DNA of 64,000 nucleotides from Callorhinchus milii. Its lineage: Eukaryota. The stretch is from contig NW_024704742.1 in the NCBI RefSeq assembly GCF_018977255.1, positions 111,664,001 to 111,728,000 on the forward strand, in the 5' to 3' direction. The translations under genes were made by a program, and so were the position numbers. The notes beneath the pieces are model-generated. The model did no database searches, was not told where the DNA came from, and saw nothing but the letters and a program-made list of their open reading frames with translations. Numbering within the stretch: position 1 is the stretch's first letter; each line of letters opens with the position of its first letter. Positions 12,896 to 25,809 of the stretch are shown here, piece after piece.

Positions 12896-13064
12896 CATAA
12901 TCGGTTCCCACAAATGGGAACAATTAGGAAGGAATTCCGCCTGAGTTTAGATTTATTCTATTTATGTGGTATTTAAGATGCTGAACTCAAACTTAACTTT
13001 AAAATCACTTTTCTGTAATTCTCAAAAGAACTTAAAGAAAACCAGCATCAAAATTAAGGTTGTA

Positions 13065-14026
13065 TTTAAGGGGATCGAAAGTACAATTTCAAAATTTGCA
13101 GACGACACCAAATTGGGGGGGTGCAATTAATACAGAGGAGGATTGCAACAAATTGCAACAAGACATTAATAAACTTGATGAATGGGTGTTTAATTGGCAA
13201 ATTAATTTCAATATAGATAATTGTGAGGTGGTACGTTTTGATAGGAGGAATAAGGAGGTCACCTACTGCCTGGAAAATAAAAATCTAAATGGGATAGAGG
13301 AGGAAAGGGATCTAGGGGTACAGATAGACAAATTGCTAAAATGAGCAACTAAGGTTAATAAGGCTATAAAAAAAGCAAACCAAGCTTGGGGTTCACTTCT
13401 AGAGGGATAGAAATGAAAAGCAGGGAAGTTATGCTAAACTTATATCGAGCTTGGTTAGACCACACTTGGAATACTGTGTAGAGTTCTGGTCCCCATATTA
13501 TAGAAAGATATAGAGGCACTGGAGAAGGTGCAAAGGAGATTTACAAGGATGATACCGGAACTGCAAGATTGTACCTATTAGGAACGGCTGAACTGGCCTG
13601 TACTCTTCTCTCTTGATAAGAGAAGGGTGAGGGATGACCTAATAGAGGTCTTTAAAATTATGAAAGGCTTTGATAGGGTGGACATAGGGAAGATGTTTTC
13701 ACTTGTGGGGGAGACCAAAATCAGGGGCCATCAATATAAAATAGTCACAAATAGATCAAATAGGGAAGTCAGAAGAAACTTCTTTACCCAGAGAGTGGTG
13801 AGAATTTGGAACTTGCTACCACAAGGAGTAGTGGAGGCAAATAGCATTGATGCATTTAAGTGGAAGCTAGTTATGTACATGAGGGAGAAATGAATAGAAG
13901 GTTATGCTGATAGGCTTAGTTGAGGAAGGAAAGGAGGAGGCTCAAGTGGAGCATAAACGCCGACATAGACCAGTTGGGCCAAATGGCCTGTTTCTGTGCT
14001 TTATATTCTATGTAATTGTATGTAAT
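13065..14026 (+). mobile_element. CR1-clade LINE 3' portion
   Basis: aaatttgcagacgacacc = KFADDT; LQQDINKLDEW..WQINFN; RDDLIEVFKIMKGFD..RNFFTQRVVRIWNLLP; tail ttctatgtaattgtatgtaat. Confidence 0.95.
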
Positions 14027-14139
14027 ATGATACCTGATTATATTTAAATGCCTCAAAGTGCTTCACGAAATTTAATGTAAAGTTTAGTGACTATGTAAGT
14101 GTAGGCAAATATAGGTCTTTAGAAATCAGTGAATAACAC

Positions 14140-14253
14140 TCTAGAAGTGAATAGGAAGAATGGAATGGAGGGGTGGAGGATCATGTGGTCATGTTGTGTT
14201 GAACGGCCTGTTTGAATGCTGTACATTCTATATAATTCTATATAATTGTATGT
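14140..14253 (+). mobile_element. CR1 3' UTR fragment
   Basis: gggtggaggatcatgtgg..gaacggcctgttt..cattctatataattctatata. Confidence 0.7.
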
Positions 14254-15475
14254 CTTGAAAGCCGAACCACTGTCTGATTCGGCAACATGCGTTTTGTCTA
14301 CATCTGTAGCTCCCTCCTAAGGGTATATTTAAGATTCATCTGATTCAAGAAGCTGTAGTACTGCGCTGCTGAAAGGAAGAACATCAATTTCACGATCTGA
14401 ATACGTGGTCTTTTCATGGCAGAAGAAATAGCATTGGACAAAGCTTGAGGCAAGCACTGACTGGCTGGTCAATAGCATTGTCCTTTACTGTGAATTAAGA
14501 GCATTCTTACTAGAGCAAACATTACTACCAATCATAAGCAAGGGACGCTCCATGAGGCAGCTATAATAATAATAATCCTTTTATTTGATTTAGTGCCTTT
14601 CAGTCAGGAGGATGCCTCAAAGCGTTTCACAGGATTTAGAGTTGAGTGACTGTATTTTATAGGTAAAAGATACTTTAAGTATTTCCGATATTTTCGCCAA
14701 GTACTATTTGTTGGAGCTAAAAGCTAAGAGAAATAAGACCTGTGCACCTCTGATGAAAATCTGCTGCTATTATACAACAGCACAGTTGTCAGCATCCATC
14801 CCCAACACTGAGTATCAGTTCTCTGCTACATCTGCTGTTTTTATTGTTTGGCTTTAGAATTGGCTGCTCCAACAGAAATAATTCCACCCACATAGCAACT
14901 TTGTCTAAAAGCAACAGTCAGTTTTGGACTGAATAATGGATAAAAAAGTCCCATCTATTGAAACCTACACAGTGTAAAGAGCAACATTGCTGTGACATGT
15001 ATATTGTATGGGAGACTCGCACCATTTTTACAGGTGACATACACCATTACGTGTGGGCGACATGCACCATTTATACAACTAGTGTGTCTAGCTGAAATGA
15101 TTACGAATGAATACTGACTCCACCATTAACAACACAGCTAGTGTCGCTCTAAAAACACAGCTCTCCCAGTTCAGAACATATACAAAGTACCCAATTTACA
15201 GCACATATGGGGAAGAGTCGATAACTAAGACAGACACAAACCATGTAATGCCAGACATGAGTGAATTGTGACCTTTTACCTAATCTGTGTTGTAGCAGTC
15301 AATGATCCCAGTCACTTCTTTGACAAATTGGTTAATTCAAAGTGAGTAATTTAGATTACCCACAGAAATTGCCTATGCTGCCCCATATTTGCATATCGGG
15401 TAGTAGGAGTTTTATATTAAAGCTTCATAAAGATTGTGGGATCTATTTTCATTTTGACCAATTCTCCAATAGCAT

Positions 15476-15675
15476 TATAATATTAATAATAATAATAATC
15501 CTTGCATTTGATATTGCGCTTTTCATGTCTTCTCGACGTCTCAAAGCGCTTCACAGAATAGACTGTAAAGTGAATTGACCGTATATTTTTGTGGGCAAAA
15601 CGCGGCAGCCAATTGCGCACAGCAGCGTCCCACAAACAGTCGTGGATTGAAAATGACCAATTTATTATTGTTTTG
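15476..15675 (-). mobile_element. tRNA-Ala SINE 3' half
   Basis: Low-divergence tail and body: gcgctttcatgtcttctcgacgtctcaaagcgcttcacag. Confidence 0.9.
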
Positions 15676-16184
15676 TACTTGACCTTTGTCAGTTAGCATT
15701 GGATAACAGCACTAAGTACAGTAAGAGGAGATCTAAATTGCTTTATAAAGTGGGCCCCTTAATTGGTCATGTACTGTGAGGATCTTGGCAGTCTCAACCT
15801 TCAGTCTAGTGATAAAAAGTTATAGACCTCAAGGTGGCAACTAAGGCAAGTGGGCTGAATCAGCTGAACAATGAGGTCTAGACTGGCACCACCAACTACA
15901 CATTAAATCCCTTCCTGCTGTGGTAAGCTATTTTATTCAGTGAAGAGGCATGAATCTCAACACGGATACCATTGGTTGTGTTAGAATCCAGAATTCTGAA
16001 GCCCTTTCGTCTGCAGCAGTCTCACAGCCAATCCAGTAAATTCACTTTTTCCCCCATCAGTCACAATCTAATACACTGCTGCTGGCCTGCACGCTACCTT
16101 TACAGATCATCTGCGAGTGAACAATAATATCCATGTACTACTTGAAGTGGGTTTACCCCCATGCTACCGAGTCCTTTTGTAAAA

Positions 16185-16520
16185 TTTAATATAGAGCCTT
16201 TCATGTCGGAAGGTCATCTCAATGTGCATCACAGATTTGCTGAAAGGTACAGTGATTGCATACTTTGTAGGCAAATGCAGCAGATATTTTGTGCACAGCA
16301 ATGTCCCACATGGGCAGCCATTAAGTAAATTTCAATGTTATCTGTGGGATTGGACCATTGTTTAACATCTCATTGAAAGATAGTACCTCCAGCAATGAAC
16401 TGCTCCCCCAGCACTGTATTGTACTGTCATCTTAGACAATGAACATTAAGTCCCAATGTTGTGCTTGAACACACAGCTTCTTCCTTCAGAGACAAGTGCT
16501 ACTGATCTAGGCTGCCACTT
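16185..16520 (-). mobile_element. Old Deu-domain SINE
   Basis: gtttaacatctcattgaaagatagtacctccagcaatg..ccccagcactgtattg; head ends actgatctaggctgcc. Confidence 0.75.
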
Positions 16521-16729
16521 CATAGAGACCATTGTTGGGACAATAAGCTTGGACATATTTCCAAAACATTCTATAAACACACATAGGAGTCCTAAGCAGT
16601 AACTTTTTTTAATTGTTAATAGTATGAGAGGAAGAAGCAATCTTAATATCATACATATACTGTATATTGATCTATTATTATAGCATAATATACAAACATA
16701 GGAGGGTACATTTGGCCCATTGTCTCTTT

Positions 16730-17092
16730 GCTTGTGGTAGATTTACCATTTTGCAAGCGAGAGACCTGGGTTCGATTCCCGGCAGGGCGAAATGTTGGCC
16801 AAGTTTTCTTACTCCACATGCCTTTGTTTAACCAGCAGTAAGTAGAAGCCCGGTTGATAGTTGATTGGTGGATCATTTTTCTGGGGGTAATAATTCCTTA
16901 AAAAAATGACAAATTGGTCACTTCAATCCACGACTGTTTGTGGGACAATGCTGTGTGCAATTGGTTGCCGCATTTTGCCTGCAAAACGTACCGTCAAATT
17001 CATTTTACAGTATATTCTGTGAAGCGCTTTGAGACGGCTCAAAGACATGATAAGGCGCTTTATCAAATGCAAGGTTTTTTATTATTATTATT
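16730..17092 (+). mobile_element. tRNA-Ala SINE, long form
   Basis: ttgcaagcgagagacctgggttcgattcccggcagggcgaa head; full body and tail. Confidence 0.92.
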
Positions 17093-17949
17093 TAGACTGC
17101 AATATAAGGCTTTCCTCATTAAGCAATGCAAGTACAGTAAATTCTTTCATAACTGAGAGTTTGTGCTCTCCATTTGACAAGACCAACAGAAAGCGAAGAT
17201 TAGAGTCGCATTTCATGCATCTAAATCCTGCATCCAGACACCACAGCTCAAAACTTATATTTTTGTTTCTACAACGTGTACATGGGTAGTTTGCGAAGTA
17301 AACAGTGTATTTATGGCATGTGGATTTGACTCCAGGAAATCAGTTTAAAGTATTACAAATTTGCATTTATACAGTGCCAGGAAGGCGATTCACTTCGGGA
17401 AGATGTCACAAAGCAGTCAACAGTGCTAGCTCAACACCCAAGCTGCGGGTGGGAGCTGAGGGGGTTTAACTCTCTGGTCAGTTCATTAAGCGAAGTCTGG
17501 CTGTGACTCACCAACTCCTCGTATTTGTCCTCACAATACACTGTAGGAACATGATCATGAATGTTTTTTTTATTCTGAGGTTTGATGTGCTTCTTATGCC
17601 CCCACCCAGTTTAGAATTGGTCACTAAATCTATGCACATTTTTTCTTTGATCTTTCAGGAATAGATAAAATTTACAGGCAGAAAAGTAATGGTTTGGCAG
17701 GATATACTTAGTGTGACTGATAATGATGGAAAAGGCATACTGCATCTCACATGGAGTTCAACATCATAAGCTTTGAGAGAAATAAAAATCAGAACACATG
17801 GAGAGATGCTGAGGGAACTTGATAACATCTTAAAACAGTGTCTTTTTAAAGAGTTTGTTAGCAACATTATACAATTCTTCTGAGTCTCTTTAGATGATTT
17901 TATCTAGCAGAGGACATCCAATTCAATTAGAATACACTTCCATTCTTAT

Positions 17950-18370
17950 TACTACTAATAATAATAATACATTTGGTACAGCATCTTTCACATCAGGAGG
18001 ACATCCCAAAGTGCTTTACAGGGCATTCTGTAAAATGCAGTATCTATGTGCTCATGTGGATGAATGCAGCAACCAATTTCCACACAGCAAAGTCTCACAA
18101 ACAGTCATGAAGTGAATGAACAATTTTATATTGGGGGATTGTTGGCCAGGACACCTAGGGCCAGCGCCTCCAGCAAGTGCTCCCCCAGCACTGTATTGCA
18201 GTGTCATCTCAAACAAAGAGCTATAACTACTTGCTGTGTCAAATCCACAGCTTCCTGCTTCAGAAATGAGTGCTATTAACTGATCTAGGCTGCCACCTCA
18301 TAGAAACCGTTGTCATCTTCTCTTTTCAAGTAGTGCCATGTGATCTTTAATGTCCACTGACCAGGCAGAA
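17950..18370 (-). mobile_element. Deu-domain SINE, rearranged
   Basis: Tail, ggggattgttggccaggacac and head are present, but the segment tttcaagtagtgccatgtgatctttaatgtccac lies out of order after the head. Confidence 0.65.
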
Positions 18371-18569
18371 TAAGGAGTCTCTTATATTACTGTCTAATCA
18401 TAACACAGACTCAATGTGCCGATTTGCCAGCGTAAAGGGTGATGTGTAGGTGACTATTCTGTGGAACATGGAGGGAGAGTTGTCTCTGAGGAAGAGACTT
18501 GCTGGCCACTGGGCCTTTTCTTTGCTCCATCCTCTCTATGCAACTCTTTACAAAATACAATTATGACCA

Positions 18570-18968
18570 CAACAATAACTTGCATTTATATAGCACCCCT
18601 CACGCAGGGTAGCGTCCCAAAGTGCTTGACAGTGGTATAGTGCGACTCCAAGCCGGGGGCAGGGCAAGGTGACCAACTGACGATCAGGAAAAGGAAGGTC
18701 TTCAGGCATGAGATGGAGTGTGCAACCGTGGATGCTGCCAGTGCCTGAGGTGAGGAGCTGCTGTCGGGAGCTAATCAGGAGGGCCTCAGTTTTGTTGACG
18801 TTCAACTGTAGAAAGTTAGCTCCCATCCTTGATGTCTTGATGTCTGACATTCTGTCAGGACAGCAATGGTCCTGGAGTCGAGAGTGGAGGCGGAGAGATA
18901 GAGTTGGGTATCATCAGCATACTGTGGAAGTTGACCCCATGTCTGCGGATGATGTCACCAAGAAGGAA
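18570..18968 (-). mobile_element. Internally deleted L2: RT core joined to the 3' tail
   Basis: Minus strand encodes LGDIIRRHGVNFH, then by frameshift YADDTQL, then FLQLNVNKTEALLI, then jumps to the 3' stem-loop tail. Confidence 0.85.
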
Positions 18969-18971
18969 TAT

Positions 18972-19207
18972 GTAAGTAGGAACCCGGTTCTTAGTCGATT
19001 GGCAGAACGCTTTCCAGGGGAATAAAATTAGGTCATTCAATCCTTGACTGTTTGTGGGACACTGCTGTGCACAATTGGCTGCTGTAGTTTGCCCGCAGAA
19101 TATACAGTCAATTCACTTGACAGAATATTCTGTGAAGCGCTTTGAGATGTCTCAATGACATGATAAGGCGCTTTATCAAATGCAAAGACTACTGTTATTA
19201 TTATTAT
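18972..19207 (+). mobile_element. tRNA-Ala SINE, long form, 5'-truncated
   Basis: gtaagtaggaacccggttcttagtcgattggc through tail. Confidence 0.88.
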
Positions 19208-19679
19208 CATTACATGTGAAGAATAATTCCCATGGTGTCAGTTCTGAAACTGCTGGACTGTGGAAGCAAATGTACTGTGTCAAAGAAGAGAAATCCTTGA
19301 CTCTTTTAGCGGCATAGATTGCCACCTCATGTATTTCAAATTGAAGATGTGTTTGATAATTACCTCAAAAAACTATCTAATTAAGCATTTTGCTTAAATC
19401 TTTGTATTATGCTGCTCAAACTTTAAATTATGTGAGGAGCACAAGAGAGACAGCACTGAGATAAATTAACTAAGATGCATATTTCCTAGATGGCCATTAC
19501 ACATTCAAACGAAGGGCATACAAGATAGTAATGATACAGCGATTAGTGGCAGAAAAGAAAGAGAAGGCTGATTGCCATAGTAACTGGTTCATCATATCCA
19601 TCCCAGAGCATAAACAGATGAAATACTTCAAAAGATACAAAACAGCAGCACGTGCTTTTATTCCTGAAATAGGCATAAA

Positions 19680-19940
19680 AACATCCTTTTAAATCATTCT
19701 AATTTCTTCATTCATTTCTGAATATATGTAATACTGTCATTTCTTCTGCTACAGTTTCAGATGCTGAATCCCCAATAATTATCGTGTCTCCCACATTGGA
19801 TTTGATTCCACAACGACACTTCCCCAGGCTTCTAATGGTATCAGTGACATCTTGGAGTACTGTCTGGCACATCTTCTCCAGTTCTTGCATATGGTGCTCC
19901 TCAGGGTTCTTCTTTCCTTGCCTGACAATCAACTAGTCTC
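19680..19940 (-). mobile_element. Possible highly decayed L1/Tx1 ORF2 C-terminal zinc-knuckle region
   Basis: EEMTVLHIFRNE followed after a frameshift by EEIRMI*K resembles ExETxxHxFxxCxxxxxxW; upstream cysteines absent. Confidence 0.3.
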
Positions 19941-20215
19941 ATGACTCCTTCAACGCAAAGTTCAGTTTCAGTCTCAAACTGCAAGGGTAAAAGAATCTTA
20001 CCATGGAATACTCTGCAGGAATAATATTTCAATTAAACTTGTTTTAAGCTTGAATGCATTCTTCTCAGCATTTGATCTCTTCAGTTCTTTATTTCAGCTA
20101 CCATGGCAAATGCATGTGGGCAAATGAAAGTGATGCCCTTTAGTCGGTGACTTCCTGACCTTCCCTCACCAGATTGTGTAAGTCCTCCTCCTTAGTCAGC
20201 CACCTTTAGTTCACT

Positions 20216-20718
20216 CAACAACAACAACAACAACTTGGATTCATTTTGCGCCCTCCACGCCGGACGGCATCTCGGAGCGCTTCACAGTAACAGATCCTGG
20301 GGCCGAGCCAGGGGGACGGAGAGGAAGGTGACCAAAGGCGCGGTCGAAACGAAAGGTCTTCAGCCAAGACCTGAAAATAGGAAGAGAGGGGGCGAGGCGA
20401 AGGGGGTGAGAAAGGGAGTGCCAGAGCCTTGGGGAGTAGTGGCTGAAGGCACAGCTGCCGATGGTGGAGCGGAGGACCCGGGGGACAAGGAGAAAGACAG
20501 ACCTGGTGGAGCGAAGGCAACGGGCACTGTTGTGAGGAGAGAGGAGGTCAGAGAGGTAGGGGGCTGCAGAGGAGTGGAGGGATTTGAAGACGAGACTGAG
20601 GATCTTGAAGTTGATCCTCTCTGGGACAGGCAGCCAGTGCAGTCTGGCAAGGACTGGGGTAATCGGGGAGCGGAGTTTGGTGCGGGTAAGAATGCGGGCG
20701 GCAGAGTTTTGGATGACT
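20216..20718 (-). mobile_element. Young L2 LINE 3' end
   Basis: Open frame IQNSAARILTRTK..ITPVLARLHWLPVPERINFKIL..KTFRFDRAF; CpGs retained; (TTG)n tail. Confidence 0.95.
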
Positions 20719-20751
20719 CTCATCCACTTTGTCATTAGTTGTTGTTGTTGG

Positions 20752-20877
20752 TACTGCTAGGTAAACAGAGGCATGTGGAGTAAGGAAACTTGCCTAAGGT
20801 TTCATCCTACCCGGGAATCGACCCCAGATTCTCTTGCTTGCAAGGCGGGTGCTCTAGCCAATATTCTACAGAACTCC
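20752..20877 (-). mobile_element. tRNA-Ala SINE 5' half
   Basis: gtaaacagaggcatgtggagtaaggaaacttgcc..gggaatcgaccccag..ctacagaactcc. Confidence 0.85.
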
Positions 20878-21164
20878 ATGTGGATGTATTTACCAACCTT
20901 TGCCGATTGTACTCATGTTTAAGTCCCTTCAAGGCCTCGGTCTTGACCTCAACTTGACCTCTGCCAACAACAACAAATTACATTTGTATAGCATCTTTCA
21001 CGACAGGAGGACGTCGCAAGGTGCTTACCATCCTTTCACTCAGCAAACACCAGCCTGCTTCATGCATATGGGCGATGTACCTCAGCGTGCTATAATAAAT
21101 CAAATACAATCAATGTAAAATGTAAGACATGTGGATGATTTTCTTACATATTAAGAAACAGAAA

Positions 21165-21515
21165 TATAACCATAAAACTATGGGCATTTACACACAGAAG
21201 AGGATATTCAGCTCATCACGTCTGCACTGGCTCCTTCCGGTCCCCTGTAAATAATATCTTTTTAAATAACTGTCTACTCTAGTTCCCTCTTAATAGCTAA
21301 TATGAATACTGTCCTGACCATTGCATTCAGCAGGGTATTCCATATCCTAACAACTCAGTAAAAATATTACTCCCTTTGTTATCTTACCAACTGTAGTATT
21401 TTAAATTGATGCCTTCTTGTTACTCACTCACTAACCAGTGAAGGTACTTTCTCCCTATCTATTCTATCAGATCCCCTCATAATTGTAAAGACCTCTATTA
21501 CATCTCCTCCCAACC
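21165..21515 (-). mobile_element. Older CR1 3' fragment
   Basis: cccctcataattgtaaagacctctatt encodes IEVFTIMRG on minus; gtattccatatcctaacaact; CR1-type 3' UTR. Confidence 0.7.
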
Positions 21516-21714
21516 AAACGAACCAGTTCCTCTTGTCTTAACCTCATGTTAAGATGTTGAACGCACTTGCTGACATTCCAGGGTAGGGCTGGGGATGTAC
21601 TGTTTTGTTGGAGGTACCTTCCTTCAGATGGGTTATGGAAGAGTTCTGTCTGTATGTTCAGATGGGTATTGAAGATCCTATAGCATTATTAGAAGAGAGA
21701 ACAGGGTTTATTGA

Positions 21715-22290
21715 TAGACTTCCCAACTCTTCCCTCTTCAAGTTGCACACCATCCAGAACTCTGCAACTTGTGTTCTCTCCTGCATTGAGTTCCCTGAAG
21801 GTCCTTAAAATTATGAGGAGGGGGATTGATAGAATGCATAGGGAGAAAGTACCTATACTGGTCGGTGAGTCAGTGATGAGAGGGCATCAATTTACGATAG
21901 TTAGTAAGGTAATAAAGGAAACAAACAAACGCAAACCCAACCAATCTGCTCACTCTTAAACCCTACCAATTCTTAAGCTCTACCAACCTGCCCACTCTCT
22001 CGGCTCGATGTGCACTGGATTGCTTCATGTCCACCGTTCTCCCCGCCCCACCATCAAGGGCCTGGCTTTCAGCCTATCTGCCCCCACAATCCAGAACTCT
22101 TTCCCAAAACCCCTTTGGCTCGCCTGGTACCTCATCTCCTTCAAGGTCTGTTTCAAAACGTTCCTCTTTAACAATACCTTTGGTCATCTTCCCCCCACCT
22201 CCACCCACCTTGGTCTCCAACACTCCTGAATTCAACCCTCAGATCGGGTGAAAATCCTTGACTGTCCAGGGCCTTGAGATGTTCGTCCGC
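21715..22290 (+). mobile_element. Mosaic of L2 fragments with a CR1 piece at about 21795-21910
   Basis: LPNSSLFKLHTIQNSATCVL; KVLKIMRRGIDRM..RGHQF; AFSLSAPTIQNSFP..FKVCFKTFLF. Confidence 0.7.
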
Positions 22291-22549
22291 CACAATCGCA
22301 GTCAATTCACTTTACAGTGTATTCTGTGAAGCACTTTGAAATATCTCGAAGGCTTGATAAGGCGTTATATCAAATGCAAGGACTATTATTATAAAAAGGT
22401 ACTATATAAATGCAATTCATGGTGGTTGTTTCTTCTGGTGTTCTGTTCAACATCCTCCTGATTAATTGTTTAAATTCCCAGATTAATTGGATATTCTTTG
22501 GACCCATGCAAATATGTAATGCATTTGCCCATAAACTAGTTAATACTAG

Positions 22550-22853
22550 TCAGAGGTTAGAGCACTCGCTTTGCAAGTGAGAGACCTGAGTTCAATTCCA
22601 GGCAGGGCAAAACCTTGGGCAAGTTTCCTTACTCCACACGCCTAATAATAATCCCTCCAAAAACAATAATAAATTGGTCATTTTCAATCTACATCTGTTT
22701 GTGGGATATTGCTGTGCGCAATTGGCTGCCGCGTTCGCCCACAAATATACAGTCAATTCACTTTACAGTGTGTTCTGTGAAGCGCTTTGGGACGTCCTCC
22801 CGACGTGAAAAGCGCGATATCAAATGCAAGGATTATTATTATTATTATTATTA
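22550..22853 (+). mobile_element. tRNA-Ala SINE, short form, CTCCC-loop tail variant
   Basis: gcgctttgggacgtcctcccgacgtgaaaagcgc; (TTA)n tail. Confidence 0.93.
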
Positions 22854-23224
22854 TAATACACTTGACAGTAACTACTTGTGAAGTGCTTTGAGACTCAATG
22901 CAATAAAGCACTCTAAAATTGGAAGTTCTTTCCTTTCTTATATTTCAAGAGAGTTGATAATAGGTGAATGGAAATAGATAACAAGAAGATCATCTCATTT
23001 AAAGGTTTAGGTGGTGACATTTGCACCTATTCACATTTTTATATATAAACATCCAGTGCTGTTCTTTTCAATGATCCAAATCAATTCTGGCTTCAATCTG
23101 GGTTTATTACAAAAAACCTTTACACACTGGTATACTGAAATTTGAAAATCTTTCACACATCATGAAAACTTCATCTGAACCCTGATGTGGGCCTATTGTC
23201 TCTCCATCACTCGCATTCATCTAT

Positions 23225-23340
23225 TATTCTGGTAAAAGGTCACACCCGAAATGTTAACTTTCTTTCTCTTGCAGTTGCTGTGCTTTTCCAGCATTTTCTG
23301 TTATTATTTCAGATTTCCAGCAGCTGTGATTTTTTTTGGT
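23225..23340 (+). mobile_element. Penelope-like terminal repeat fragment with decayed hammerhead-like core
   Basis: ttctggtaaaaggtcacacccgaaatgttaac..ttccagcattttctgttattatttcagatttccagc; homologous to 42055-42230. Confidence 0.6.
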
Positions 23341-23629
23341 GTCTATTAAACTTCCTCAGGTTTTATTGTGAATATATACTGGCTTTGACAAAACAAAATG
23401 TAATGGGGGCCAGTTGCCAAAGATTCTTAAGTCCTGTGAACTGGGAAAAATGACGAGCTTCCCCCCACTAGGAGAGCTTTAAATGAATCAAGAGAAATTT
23501 TATGGAAAATTTAGAGGTAAAGGAATCTTATTTTCTCAAAAAACACATGCAGGCCTGCAATAAAATCCGAAAGAAATAATTCAATTGTTTCAAAATGCAT
23601 TTTTAAATGATTTGACATGTGATTTTTTT

Positions 23630-23772
23630 AAAATCCTGAAATAAAAGCAGAAAAAATGCTGCTGAAAATGCTCACGTTCTTGGTATGTCCCTTCAATCAA
23701 ACTCCAGTCTAAACTGTTGTGAATATCCATGATTTTTGCTTTTATGTCAGATTTACAATCTTCATAGATTTC
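23630..23772. mobile_element. Penelope-like inverted terminal repeat remnant
   Basis: ctgaaataaaagcagaaaaaatgctg ... atttttgcttttatgtcagattt form inverted arms. Confidence 0.5.
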
Positions 23773-24577
23773 CCTTTAGAAAATCTTGAAATGTTGAGCT
23801 AAAGCTTTAAAAAGATGACGCATATATCTCAAAAAATGCTGTACAAGTGAAAACAATTTTGGGGGGTCAATGAAAAAAAACCAAGCAGTGGACTAACATT
23901 TTGCTCTCAGGTTTAAAATACTTCACAAGTGAAAGACGGTTGTGGTGATATCTCAGCAACATTAACCTCCCTCCCCACCAACATAGTGTGTATCTCATTT
24001 CACCAGATTAGAATACTTATAATCTACAGAAGAGAGAATTACCATTCCCCTTGGTCACAAGGTCAGATCTGACACTCTTAACACCTGCTGGTCATCACTG
24101 AACAACATGAGATGTGTAACAGGCTGCAATAGATAAATTTTGATCTCACTGTAACCCTTTTCACGCAGCAGTATTAAATAAGGATTTGTTACCTCAGAAA
24201 TGCTTCATTTACGCTAATGAAGTGAATAAGTGAATTCAATAGGAATCATGTTTACTCAGATTGAATGCTACTTTATTCTGTTTAAACTGATTCAAAATTG
24301 ATGCCTTACATTTCAGATGCAGACATTCACAGAGTGTAAACGTAACGGTGTGCATTGCAGCAAATTTGAGCTCCATGATATTAGTCATCAAAGTTTGTTG
24401 CAATGCAAGATGCAAATGCCTGGAAAAGTAGTATGTTGACAACAACAACAACTTGCACTTATATAGCACCTACCACCAGGTGCTTAACAGTGGTGGAGCC
24501 TGACACTTGATTCCATCCACTAGCAGATTATTTAATTCACTTTTCTTTGCTTTACTTGAAATTTCTTTCATTTAATC

Positions 24578-24920
24578 AACAACAAATTGCATTCATTTCA
24601 TTTATATAGCACCTTTCACGTTGGGCGGTCATGCCAAGGCACTGGACAGTTCAGGGTTTGCACCTAAGCTGGGGGTTGGATTCAAAAGGGATGAGGGGTA
24701 AGGGGATGGGAAGATCACCAAAGGCACAAGTCAAAGAAGAAGGTCTTGATACAGACCTTGAAGGAGATAAGGGAAGTGGCTAGATAAAGAGACTCTGTGA
24801 TGGCATTACAGAGGGTGGAGGCAGAAAGGCTGAAGGCCTTGTATGGTGGGGCGGGCAGGGCGGGGAGAATATGAAGTAGTCCACTGCCCAACAAGCGGAG
24901 GAATTGGGCAGATTAGTACG
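24578..24920 (-). mobile_element. Older L2 3' fragment
   Basis: Tail caacaacaaattgcatt..gcacctttcacgttgggcgg; gaaggtcttgatacagaccttgaagg; gcagaaaggctgaaggcc. Confidence 0.8.
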
Positions 24921-24939
24921 CACACTGACTTCTTCGGCA

Positions 24940-25121
24940 AAAGGCATCAGTAAGGTTTAAGGAGACATTTGATGCACATATAAGGGAGAAAGGAATAGAG
25001 GGGTATAGGAGAGGGGAATAGGAGGAGTGGAGGATCACGTGGAATATAAGCACAAGCACAGACTAATTGGGGTGAATGGCCTATTTCCGTGCAGTATCAT
25101 TCTATGTAATTCTATGTAATT
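24940..25121 (+). mobile_element. CR1 3' end
   Basis: tttaaggagacatttgatgcacatataagggagaaaggaatagagg..gaatggcctatttccgtgc..ttctatgtaattctatgtaat. Confidence 0.85.
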
Positions 25122-25404
25122 TCTTTCCCCAGAGGCAAAATAGTGAATTTGCTAGCATTGTTTTAGTTGTCCTGATGGTTAAGTTGTTTCCTCCCAGAAC
25201 AATATTAGGAAGAAATTACACTGGGTCTAGATTTACTGCATTTAGGAAATGTTTTACAGTATGCAGAATTTGGCAAATTCCTAAATAATAGTGTTAATTT
25301 TGAATCTAGTTTTCTGTGATTTCTTTGAGGAATTACAGAATACTGAGTTCAAAGTTAAGACAGAATTCAATGGTTCAAATTGTGCCATTGGATTGTTAAT
25401 GTTG

Positions 25405-25590
25405 AAGCAAAAAAGGACTTCAGTTTAACATCTCATCCAAAGGACATCACCTCTGACATTGCAGGACACCCACAATATTGTTTGGAGCAGCAGCCTTGAC
25501 CTATGAGCTCAAATTCCTAACATGGGGTTTGAATCCATAACTTTCTGACTCAGAGGTGTGAGTGCCACCAAATGAGCCAGACTGACACCT
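25405..25590 (-). mobile_element. Deu-domain SINE 5' half
   Basis: gtttaacatctcatccaaaggacatcacctctgaca..ttctgactcagaggtgtgagtgccaccaaatgagccagactgac. Confidence 0.8.
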
Positions 25591-25809
25591 TATCACATGC
25601 CACATTTTTTCCAAGCAACATATCTAACAACAATCACATGCATTTATATAGCGCCCATCAGGCAGAGTAGCTTCTTGGAGTGTTTAGCCTACGGGGGAAT
25701 CAAAGAAAGGGGTTCTATAACCCCTTGCTACTGTCATCAGAACAATAAAGTATTTGTTTCACTTCAGCTCCAAAATCTTCATTTCCAAGATCTTTAATCT
25801 TTGTATAAT

